Made by a program: the position numbers and the translations under genes. Source: an uncultured archaeon (lineage in GTDB: Archaea > Asgardarchaeota > Lokiarchaeia > Sigyniarchaeales > Promethearchaeaceae). Taken from it: DNA of 16,452 nucleotides. The notes under the pieces are model-generated. The model was not told the origin of the DNA. It was given only the letters and a program-made list of their open reading frames with translations, and made no database searches. The stretch lies in contig CAYRPF010000057.1 of NCBI GenBank assembly GCA_964426185.1, forward strand, positions 1 through 16,452, given 5' to 3'. Shown here piece by piece: positions 1-7,885 of the stretch (its first letter is position 1; every line of letters starts with the position of its first letter).

Positions 1-153
1 CCAAATAACCTCAATATAAATAAATAACTTATTTTTATTTCACACCAAAATCCTTTTTAAGTTCATTCAATAACCTCATAGTAAGGTAACAAATTTATTT
101 AGGATCACACCTCAATACAATTATTAACGAAATTGCATTTTGCATATTATAAT

Positions 154-158
154 AGGAG
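154..158 (+). promoter_or_regulatory. Shine-Dalgarno site of the first GTPase gene
   Basis: AGGAG ending 9 nt before ATG 168. Confidence 0.7.
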
Positions 159-167
159 TACTAACTG

Positions 168-695
168 ATGAGCACATACAAACTAAAAATATTGCTCTGC
201 GGCCCAGCTGCTGTTGGAAAAACAAGCCTGATTCATCGCTTCATCAAATCAAAATTTGAAAGAGATTACAAACTTACAGTAGGTGTTGATATTCTTACTA
301 AAAATGTAGAATATGCTGCAGGAAAAACAGCCACCCTATCCATATGGGATATAGGAGGGCAAGAGAGATTTTCATTCATCCGAACCACATTTTATAAGGG
401 CGCATCCGGAGCGTTATTGGTGTTTGATTTATCACGTAGTTCGACCTTTGGTTCAATCAAAAATTGGCGTGCTGAAGTAAGTCAGTTTGCAGGGGATATA
501 CCTTTTGTTTTGATCGGCAATAAGTTGGACTTGATTCCCGAGGTAGGTGAAGTGATTGATCGTGATGAGTGTCGTGAGTATGCAGAGGATGAGGGTTCAA
601 TTTATATCGAGACTAGTGCGAAGGATGGAACCAATGTAGATGAAGCTTTCATCGAATTGACCCGGTTGATTGTTGCAAAGAGCGAAGGCAAGTAA
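168..695 (+). CDS. Rab-like (Ras superfamily) small GTPase, 175 aa
   Basis: All five G boxes present: G1 GPAAVGKTS, G2 LTVGVD, G3 WDIGGQERF, G4 GNKLD, G5 ETSAK. Rab-like FYKGASGALLVFD segment. No C-terminal Cys prenylation motif. AGGAG SD at 154-158. Confidence 0.96.
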   Translation: MSTYKLKILLCGPAAVGKTSLIHRFIKSKFERDYKLTVGVDILTKNVEYAAGKTATLSIWDIGGQERFSFIRTTFYKGASGALLVFDLSRSSTFGSIKNWRAEVSQFAGDIPFVLIGNKLDLIPEVGEVIDRDECREYAEDEGSIYIETSAKDGTNVDEAFIELTRLIVAKSEGK

Positions 696-833
696 ATTAA
701 ACAAACTTTTTTCACATTTTTATAAGAACCTAATTTTATCTTGGTCGCCTATTTAAATCTAACCAAAACTTTAAACTGGAAGACGTAGATTAATTTTTGT
801 TATATGATATGAGAATTTCATAAAGTGAATATT

Positions 834-1838
834 ATGTCGAATAAAAAACCCGATTATTATGTAAAAGATTTGGTCATCGACGATGAATATGGCGTCATTG
901 ATTCAGATGCTACCGTGGTTCAAGCGGCTCAAAAAATGAAAGAATTAGCTATCCCTGACTTAGTGGTAATTGATAAAGAAACTAAGAAGGTTTTAGGGGT
1001 AATAGCTGATTTTGATATAGTGCAGAATCTGGTAGCTGAAGGAAAAGATGCCACTTCTGAGAAAGTGACCGCGGCAATGTATACTATTGAGCCGGTAACA
1101 ACGGAGACAAACGTGATAGATGCCTTTGAGCGCATGAGAGATTTACATGTGAACGTTGTACCAGTTGTTGAAAAGGATAAACTTTTGGGAGTTGTAACAA
1201 TTCAAGATGTTTGGAGTTACATCCCTGACGAAAATGTGGATGAAATTGGTCTTATTCCAGTAGAAAATCCAAAGAATGCAGAATTCTGGTTCGCTTCAGT
1301 ATGCGCAACATTAGCCTTGTTGTTGGGATTCGTTCTTCCTTTGGTAGGTGTGGTGGGATTTTTTAATGGAGTTCCTCAGAATATCGCAAATGGTAGAGTA
1401 CTACACTTTTTCTTGCTGGATGCCCATGGTGCAAACTACTACATTTCCTACATGGATGTGGCCGGAAGATACAGATTTTGGATTGTGGTGATTATCTGGA
1501 GTATCATTACCTTAATTACGGGCGTTTTAGGGTTCTTTGCGATCGTTTATGCCAGTTTTTCAGATTTTCAACACATCCGAACTAAACCGTTTGTGCGAAC
1601 GATTTTGCCTCTAACTATGATTGTATCTTTGGTGATTGAATGGATTTTACTCGCAATTGGAATGTCCGTTATGGCAGTTTCCGGAACTATTTACGTCAAC
1701 ATTCTTGGGCTGATTTTCTCTATTTTGGCCATTGGCTTAATTATCTTAGCCTTGTTTCGAGACAATGTGTTCCGTCAATCGGTGTCGAATACAACTTCTG
1801 TTGAAGGGAATCTCGCAACCATGAAAGGAGGGCAATAA
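834..1838 (+). CDS. CBS-pair (Bateman) domain protein with C-terminal four-helix membrane domain
   Basis: Two CBS motifs (ATVVQAAQKMKELAIPDLVVID..VLGVIADFDIV and TNVIDAFERMRDLHVNVVPVVEKDKLLGVVTIQDV), then four hydrophobic segments (about aa 154-180, 218-243, 257-283, 291-311 of the ORF-track protein). ATG 834 preferred over GTG 825, not certain. Confidence 0.88.
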   Translation: MSNKKPDYYVKDLVIDDEYGVIDSDATVVQAAQKMKELAIPDLVVIDKETKKVLGVIADFDIVQNLVAEGKDATSEKVTAAMYTIEPVTTETNVIDAFERMRDLHVNVVPVVEKDKLLGVVTIQDVWSYIPDENVDEIGLIPVENPKNAEFWFASVCATLALLLGFVLPLVGVVGFFNGVPQNIANGRVLHFFLLDAHGANYYISYMDVAGRYRFWIVVIIWSIITLITGVLGFFAIVYASFSDFQHIRTKPFVRTILPLTMIVSLVIEWILLAIGMSVMAVSGTIYVNILGLIFSILAIGLIILALFRDNVFRQSVSNTTSVEGNLATMKGGQ

Positions 1839-1839
1839 A

Positions 1840-3426
1840 ATGCCACGTGGCGGAGGTAGTTTTGGAGGTGGGGGCTTTCGCGGAGGAGGATCACGCGGGT
1901 TTAGCGGTGGAGGATTTCGTTCAAGTAGTTTTTCACGTTCTGGTGGTTTTAGAGGTGGGTCTTCTTTTTCAGCACGGTCTTCTAGCTCTCGTCCATTTGG
2001 AAGAACCGGTGCTTCTCGAACTTTTTCCAGTAGCAGTCGTAGGGGCCCCTATTATCATAATCGCTACTATCCACATCGGCATTATTATGGATATTACCAT
2101 TATCCCTGGTATTATCGGCGTAGATGGTGGTACGGATACTATTATCGGCCATGGTATTATTCCCCAGGATATTGGGTTAGCGGAACCGTTTTCTTGCTGG
2201 TCTTCTTGCTGATTTTGCTCCCTTTGGTTGGAGTTGCAATTGCTTTTCCGTTCAGTGGAGGTTCGTCAGATGATACAATCAATTATCGTTCTACCGAAAC
2301 GCTCTATTTAAATGAATATTGGTATGAGTATGAATCCATTTCTGCGGGAGATTCTATACAATTTTCAGTCCAATCTAGCCCTGGACCCATAAGTTTTGCT
2401 ATAGCAGATCACCCCTTTGAGGAATTTCCTTTGGTTGATGAGACATTTCAAACAACTTTTACATCACAATTGTCGTATAATGATTTTGAATATTATCAAA
2501 TATTCTTGAATCCCGGCTCTCAGATTAGTTATCAATATACGAGCGATTTTCCCGTTGATTTTATAATTTTAGACGGCAATAACTTCAACAATTGGTATTA
2601 TTTTGAAGGATATTCGGCATATACAGAATTGTTGGCTTCTACTGGAAATACTGGCGTGCTAAATATTCCAGATGGATATCAAGATTATTATGTAGTTGTT
2701 TATAACCCTATTGAAGGGCAAGTTGCAAATGTGCAAGTTCAATTGGATATATATGCCACAGATATTCCGGATTTATCTTCAGCCTATTACTATGCTATCG
2801 GCGTTGATTCGATTTCTCAGAATAGTATTACCGTTCCTTCATCCGGTTCATGGTATTTCTTTGTATATGCAGATCCTCTCTACAATCCTTATGAATCAGT
2901 CGATATCACCTTCGATGTTACCTATGATACTTCGGCTCATCCTGTATCTGTGCAAGATCAATGGGCAAGCGCACGACCAACGTTAATTTGGATTTTAATC
3001 ATTGCGGGTGGTTTTTTGATTATCACTACTATTGCGCGCAAAAAGCAGAAGGCAAATAAAGATAAAATGAAACAACCGCAAGGTGCTTCTACTGCGTCTA
3101 AAACTTCTACGGTTTCCACAAGTTCTTCTTCTGCAACTTCTGCTTCAACAACATCAATGAAAACAACTTCTGCAAATATGAATGCAACTTCCAGTCAAAC
3201 TTTAGCCAGTACCTTGAAAAAGAAGTATAAATGTACTCGTTGCGGCGCAGAAATGGAAGCAGATGCAGTTTTCTGTCCCAATTGCGGGAAAAAGCGTGAA
3301 GGGCGATCTTTGGGCGTACCCTTGAAAACAACCCCTGGAAATCGCACTTACTGTAATTTCTGTGGTGCAAAACTACCTAAAGATGGAAAATTCTGTGAAA
3401 GCTGCGGAACTCCGATAGTACGCTGA
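1840..3426 (+). CDS. Two-TM membrane protein with N-terminal RGG/FG-rich and Tyr/Arg-rich regions, extracytoplasmic beta-rich domain and two C-terminal double zinc ribbons
   Basis: aa 1-69 G/S/R/F low complexity; aa 70-112 Y/H/R/W-rich; TM about aa 113-138; acidic aromatic domain aa 139-380; TM about aa 381-399 followed by RKKQK; S/T linker; four CxxC pairs (CTRC, CPNC, CNFC, CESC). AGGAGG SD at 1826-1831; starts 1 nt after the upstream stop. Confidence 0.9.
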   Translation: MPRGGGSFGGGGFRGGGSRGFSGGGFRSSSFSRSGGFRGGSSFSARSSSSRPFGRTGASRTFSSSSRRGPYYHNRYYPHRHYYGYYHYPWYYRRRWWYGYYYRPWYYSPGYWVSGTVFLLVFLLILLPLVGVAIAFPFSGGSSDDTINYRSTETLYLNEYWYEYESISAGDSIQFSVQSSPGPISFAIADHPFEEFPLVDETFQTTFTSQLSYNDFEYYQIFLNPGSQISYQYTSDFPVDFIILDGNNFNNWYYFEGYSAYTELLASTGNTGVLNIPDGYQDYYVVVYNPIEGQVANVQVQLDIYATDIPDLSSAYYYAIGVDSISQNSITVPSSGSWYFFVYADPLYNPYESVDITFDVTYDTSAHPVSVQDQWASARPTLIWILIIAGGFLIITTIARKKQKANKDKMKQPQGASTASKTSTVSTSSSSATSASTTSMKTTSANMNATSSQTLASTLKKKYKCTRCGAEMEADAVFCPNCGKKREGRSLGVPLKTTPGNRTYCNFCGAKLPKDGKFCESCGTPIVR

Positions 3427-3482
3427 TTTTTCGTTTTGTCGATTTTTTCATTTTCATTTTTTTTAATTTCTATACTTTTTCG
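3427..3482 (+). terminator. Oligo-T archaeal-type terminator region
   Basis: Several T5-T8 runs directly after stop 3426, between convergent genes. Confidence 0.55.
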
Positions 3483-3505
3483 GATTTATTCATGAACAAT
3501 ATTCA

Positions 3506-4102
3506 TCAATATGTCACATTTTTTAGAATAGCTCCTGGAAAACGAGCGTGCTCTAAGCGAGCTCCGGTGAAATCGGCATCTTCTAAGTTACAATTCTCAA
3601 AATCGGCATATTTTAAATTTGCATCTCGAAATGAACATCTTCTTAAATCAGATCGAGAAAAATCAGTTCCTATACATGAAGCTCCCATAAAGGAAGTTCC
3701 TTGACACATTGCATCGGTGATTAAACTGTGGTTAAGATTGACCTTGTTCCAATCGCAATTTTCGGCTAGAATCCCCACTAAATTGGCATAAGGTAAGAAT
3801 TTTCCTGTCAGCGTAAGATTATCTAACTGTAGATTATTTAATATTGCTTGCCCTGGAATACTTTGTTTAGAAAGATATATCCCTAAAATTATTCCATTGA
3901 TATTCATCGTCTGCCATTGACCCCCTCCGCCGTCTAATTTGAGAAATTTTTGATGATTTTTGAGAATGCTTTGAAATTCTTGCGGGGATATCACCTTGGA
4001 TGTTTCAGCTATCTTTCGGAGATGGATCCGATCTATATCAGAATAATCTGCTCCTTTTTGTTCGGACAGTGGAAATTTGATAGAAAGAGGTGCTTTTTCC
4101 AT
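3506..4102 (-). CDS. Pentapeptide-repeat protein, 198 aa
   Basis: C-terminal tandem pentapeptides of the A(D/N)(L/F)xx type (TDFSR SDLRR CSFRD ANLKY ADFEN CNLED ADFTG ARLEH ARFPG AILKN). N-terminal EFQSILKNHQKFL cap helix. Confidence 0.93.
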   Translation of the reverse strand: MEKAPLSIKFPLSEQKGADYSDIDRIHLRKIAETSKVISPQEFQSILKNHQKFLKLDGGGGQWQTMNINGIILGIYLSKQSIPGQAILNNLQLDNLTLTGKFLPYANLVGILAENCDWNKVNLNHSLITDAMCQGTSFMGASCIGTDFSRSDLRRCSFRDANLKYADFENCNLEDADFTGARLEHARFPGAILKNVTY

Positions 4103-4110
4103 GGAAACAC

Positions 4111-5241
4111 CTAATTCTCATGCAGTACGGGATACAAACGGGGCGGATCGATGATGATTTCTTCCAGATAACTTGATCGAATTCGATCAAATAGATCTGC
4201 TGCATGGGGTAAATTTTTTTCTTGAAGAAGCAGGTGAAATGCATCTGGTTCTACTAATCCGAGTTTTTCATTTGATTCCAAAAAATCCATAATGGCCGAC
4301 GGTGCATTAAGAACATGATATTTGATTTCCTCTGGCCATTCTTTGGTATAACGATACATCTTCTGCAATTTTTTGTGAGCCGATAGATAAATACCGCGTG
4401 TATCAAAAGAATCTTGGGAGATCGACATATCAATCTGCTTTGCATATTTCCTATTTTTTTGCTTCACTTGTTTCGTAAAATCTGCAAAAACTTCATCATC
4501 GTATGTTTTTTCCTCAGATGTGCCACTCAGCGAATTATTATTCAGAAATTCAAGTGATTCCAGTGAATCAAGGGCACCTGTGGTAATTAATAATGCCTTT
4601 CCCCCTTTATTGGAATAATTAAATGTTTGCAAAACTTCCTTTTCTCCAACTTTTGTGCTTCCATGATATGCCTTTATCTCCACGAAAAGAGCCCGTTCGC
4701 TTTCAATTTCTGTTTGATTGGGGAATTTTTCAGATTTTTTTCCAGAAACATGCAGAATTTTATTGGCTTCATTCACGGGTAGTAGCAAACAGTCGGGGTT
4801 TACTTGTTCTAATCTTGGTTCATCGAATGTGAGATAGTTTAGGGTGGTGAAAAATTCTTCTACAATCCATTTAAGGGCCATTTCTCGTAGACTTCGCGCG
4901 ATCGGAGAAGATGCTGTGTTAGGGGGAAATTTCATCTTGGGAGGGAAATTTTTCATTAAGTTTGTGAGAAATTTATCATTATCGTTAGCATAAATTAAAC
5001 GCTTTCGAACTTGGTTATAATAATACATGACGGCTCGTTTTCGTTTAATTTGGCCGTATTGATAATGAATGTGCCTAATAATATGAGGGCGAGTTTCGTT
5101 GGCGTATTGTTCGCGAAATGGGATTCTCTTTGAGGTGGTTTTAAATTCTTTTTCTAGAGGTGTTCCTATTAAATTACGGGGAATTTGATTTTTCATAGGA
5201 TATTTGATACAAAGAGGCTGCAAATTGGTTGAAATCATCAT
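4111..5241 (-). CDS. Putative PD-(D/E)xK (Mrr-like restriction endonuclease fold) nuclease, 376 aa
   Basis: Helix REMALKWIVEEFFTTLNY, then P149-D150, FVE188IK190, EVLQ205TFNY209 and KALLITTG in the order expected for Mrr-type catalytic domains. Basic N-terminal region. ORF is solid; the function is inferred from motifs. Confidence 0.68.
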   Translation of the reverse strand: MMISTNLQPLCIKYPMKNQIPRNLIGTPLEKEFKTTSKRIPFREQYANETRPHIIRHIHYQYGQIKRKRAVMYYYNQVRKRLIYANDNDKFLTNLMKNFPPKMKFPPNTASSPIARSLREMALKWIVEEFFTTLNYLTFDEPRLEQVNPDCLLLPVNEANKILHVSGKKSEKFPNQTEIESERALFVEIKAYHGSTKVGEKEVLQTFNYSNKGGKALLITTGALDSLESLEFLNNNSLSGTSEEKTYDDEVFADFTKQVKQKNRKYAKQIDMSISQDSFDTRGIYLSAHKKLQKMYRYTKEWPEEIKYHVLNAPSAIMDFLESNEKLGLVEPDAFHLLLQEKNLPHAADLFDRIRSSYLEEIIIDPPRLYPVLHEN

Positions 5242-5252
5242 AAAAAAAACAC

Positions 5253-5275
5253 TCAGTAAACAAAGAAGTTACTGA
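5253..5275. promoter_or_regulatory. Perfect inverted repeat TCAGTAA-N9-TTACTGA in a divergent intergenic region (candidate operator)
   Basis: 7-bp arms at 5253-5259 and 5269-5275, between the divergent nuclease and PDCD5-like genes. Confidence 0.4.
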
Positions 5276-5360
5276 TAAAATTAATTTCGCAAAATTTTTC
5301 AAGTTTGTTCATTTCTCTTATCATGAACTTTGGTAAATTTACGGCTGAAATGTGATTTAC

Positions 5361-5786
5361 ATGCCAGATGAAGAAGATATTGAATTGAAACGCTTGAGAA
5401 TGGAAAAAATGCAAGCAATATTAAGACAGAAGAAAATGGCAGAACAACGGGCTCAACGACGCGAACCCACTTTAGCTGAAAAAATTGATCAATTAATTAA
5501 TGTATTGTTGGCACCTGATGCACTGCAATATCTTCAATATATCAAAAGCCAAGATATAGAAGTCTACAATAAAATTCGCCAATATCTCTTTCCTCCAAAA
5601 CTTATTCAAGAAATAGATCTCCTAATGGCATATCTTTATCGGGGAATGATACGAAGACATATAATTTCTAAAACCGAGATTCAATATTTAGAAAGAAAGG
5701 CGCGAGGTATTGATTCCCAAATTCGGATAAAGAAACAAGGCGAAGAATTAACAACCCTTTCTAATTATCTCAAAGAAGAAGAGTAA
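5361..5786 (+). CDS. PDCD5/TFAR19-family double-stranded DNA-binding protein, divergent
   Basis: N-terminal DEEDIELKRLRMEKM helix, LLAPDALQYLQYIK (family pattern ILTPEARERLxxI), GMIRRHIISKTEI and C-terminal IRIKK. ATG 5361 preferred over GTG 5352. Confidence 0.72.
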   Translation: MPDEEDIELKRLRMEKMQAILRQKKMAEQRAQRREPTLAEKIDQLINVLLAPDALQYLQYIKSQDIEVYNKIRQYLFPPKLIQEIDLLMAYLYRGMIRRHIISKTEIQYLERKARGIDSQIRIKKQGEELTTLSNYLKEEE

Positions 5787-5842
5787 AATTTATTTCACCT
5801 TTTTATATTTTTTTTTAACCGAAAATTACTAAAATACTCCCG

Positions 5843-7078
5843 TTGAATAAAATTATGAATTCCGCTAGGCGAATAAAACCCGTTGGTTTTGTTTATACTG
5901 AAGATTATAATGCATACAACTTTGGTGAAGGACACCCTCTTACTCCTCTCCGAATAGAAGTTACCTATGAACTGATGAAGGCATACAACTTACTTGAACA
6001 TCCCAATTTACATAAAATTTCGCCAAAACCGGCTACGGAAGAACAAGTGCTAAGAATCCACACTCAGGACTATCTGAATAAGTTGAAAGAGCTAAATTCT
6101 TTGACCCGCCCTTCGTATAAAGCATTTCCCGAATTTGGACTTGGACCTGGTGATAATCCTATCTTTCCAGGAATGTATGATGCTGCCTTAAGCGTGTGTG
6201 GTGCTTCGATTGCCGGGGCCGATTATATTTTGAAAGAAAATCATAACCGCGCTTTCAATATTACTGGAGGGCTTCATCATGCAATGCCAGGAATGGCATC
6301 AGGTTTTTGCATTCTAAATGATGTTGCTGTAGCAATTCAATATTTGCTGGATAATTCCCCCCTAAAGACTAAAATCATGTATTTAGACATCGATTGTCAC
6401 CATGGCGATGGAGTTCAATGGATATTTTATGAGAATCCTCAAGTATTAACACTTTCATTTCATCAAGATGGGCATACCATTTTTCCTGGAACCGGGCATT
6501 TGAATGAAAACGGGAAAGGAAATGGAAAATATTATGCATTAAATGTTCCATTTTTACCTGGTACCTTTGATCGACCATATATTGAAACATTTGAAAGAAT
6601 AGTTTCAGGTGTGATGAAAGCCTACAGACCCGATTATCTCGTTATGCAGTGCGGGATGGATACTCATTTCATGGATCCCCTTACAAATGCAGGATTATCT
6701 ACCGAGGGGCAAGAAAAAATATTTAAAATTGTTAATAGCCTGGTTCCGGATTATTCAGGCGATAAACTCTTGGCTTTGGGCGGAGGAGGATATAATATTG
6801 GAGTTGTAGCTCGATCTTGGACTATGATTCTTGCAAATCTTTTAGGTGTTCAAATTGATGATCCTCTACCGACAGATTGGCTGAAATTCTTAGAGTCAAA
6901 ATGGGATGATTCCCCCACACACCTTCCTTTTCAATTACGGGATCGCAATTTTTATATCGAAGAGCGGCAGTTGAAAGATCCTTTTTGGGTGGATTCTATT
7001 GAGGCGCACTTGGATGTCATCGTACAAAAATTTGAAGATGAATATATTCCTGCAATAAGAGAGAATCCTAGAAACTAA
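5843..7078 (+). CDS. acuC: Zn-dependent class I HDAC-like / acetoin utilization AcuC-family deacetylase
   Basis: Motifs GHPLTPLR, GDNPIFPG, GGLHHA, SGFC, DIDCHHGDGVQ, SFH, FPGTG, ALNVP, QCGMDTHFMDPL and GGGGY all intact. Start is TTG 5843 or ATG 5855. Symbol reflects family, not proven function. Confidence 0.95.
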   Translation: MNKIMNSARRIKPVGFVYTEDYNAYNFGEGHPLTPLRIEVTYELMKAYNLLEHPNLHKISPKPATEEQVLRIHTQDYLNKLKELNSLTRPSYKAFPEFGLGPGDNPIFPGMYDAALSVCGASIAGADYILKENHNRAFNITGGLHHAMPGMASGFCILNDVAVAIQYLLDNSPLKTKIMYLDIDCHHGDGVQWIFYENPQVLTLSFHQDGHTIFPGTGHLNENGKGNGKYYALNVPFLPGTFDRPYIETFERIVSGVMKAYRPDYLVMQCGMDTHFMDPLTNAGLSTEGQEKIFKIVNSLVPDYSGDKLLALGGGGYNIGVVARSWTMILANLLGVQIDDPLPTDWLKFLESKWDDSPTHLPFQLRDRNFYIEERQLKDPFWVDSIEAHLDVIVQKFEDEYIPAIRENPRN

Positions 7079-7108
7079 AAAAAAAATTATAATAGAGATG
7101 ATTTAAAG

Positions 7109-7864
7109 ATTTCGATCCATCCCCCGATTATATTATTTGATCTAGATGGAGTGCTATTAGATTCCAAAGGTCATCTTCTTGCAGCATTTGAATCTTTAAA
7201 ATATCCGTGGATTAAATGGAATCAATCATTAATAAATTCAATATCTCCTTTAGAAATCATCCGAATGTTTGAAAAATCCGCTAAAGCACGCAGTATAGCT
7301 AGTTTTCAGAGCATGACCAATGAATTCATGGAATTGATACCGAATCGGATTCGAAGATTTACATTTTTCATTACATTTAAGAGAAAAATGGAGAAATATG
7401 ATTGGCAGTATAATGATTTTTTTCCAGGAACAGTGGATATGATAAAGAAATTATCTGAAAAAGGAATACTCTTTGGGGCAGCTTCAAATAGCTTCGGTGA
7501 AAGGGTTAAAAAATGGATTGAAAACAAAGGGCTTAATCAAATCATTCATTGTGTTGTTACCAGAGATGAACGAAAAACCTTGGGAGTAAAGCCAAATCCC
7601 GCGGTTCTCTTGGGATTACTTGTTAAAATGAAAAAATATTATCATCTCTCTCGTATAGATCGCTCACAAGTGGTGTTTGTCGGGGATAATGTCTCAGATA
7701 TTTTAGCAGCTAAATTAGCAAAAGTAAAATCTATTGGAGTATTAAGCGGGCATGCTTCCAAAACTGAATTAGAAATGTTACAACCAGATTTTTTACTCAA
7801 TTCCGTCTTGGAGCTCCCGAAAATCTTTCCTTCCCTTTTTCCTAAATTTTTTACAACTAATTAA
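7109..7864 (+). CDS. HAD-superfamily hydrolase (phosphoglycolate phosphatase-like), paralog 1; start codon unresolved
   Basis: The frame upstream of GTG 7151 is open and reads ISIHPPIILFDLDGV, which contains motif I DxD. Motif II ASNS, motif III KPNP, motif IV GDNVSD. No in-frame ATG/GTG/TTG before motif I, so ATT 7109 is a provisional start. Confidence 0.88.
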   Translation: MSIHPPIILFDLDGVLLDSKGHLLAAFESLKYPWIKWNQSLINSISPLEIIRMFEKSAKARSIASFQSMTNEFMELIPNRIRRFTFFITFKRKMEKYDWQYNDFFPGTVDMIKKLSEKGILFGAASNSFGERVKKWIENKGLNQIIHCVVTRDERKTLGVKPNPAVLLGLLVKMKKYYHLSRIDRSQVVFVGDNVSDILAAKLAKVKSIGVLSGHASKTELEMLQPDFLLNSVLELPKIFPSLFPKFFTTN

Positions 7865-7885
7865 TTTTTATAGGAACTAGAGAAA

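Noticed and set aside
1847-2212. 121-aa alternative-frame ORF over the RGG region
   Set aside because: Shadow of low-complexity Gly/Tyr codons; its V/E/L and I-rich sequence is what the frame shift predicts.
7102-7108. TTTAAAG as a programmed -1 frameshift site creating the HAD start
   Set aside because: The heptamer is phased with the HAD frame itself, so a -1 slip would leave that frame rather than enter it from ATG 7098.
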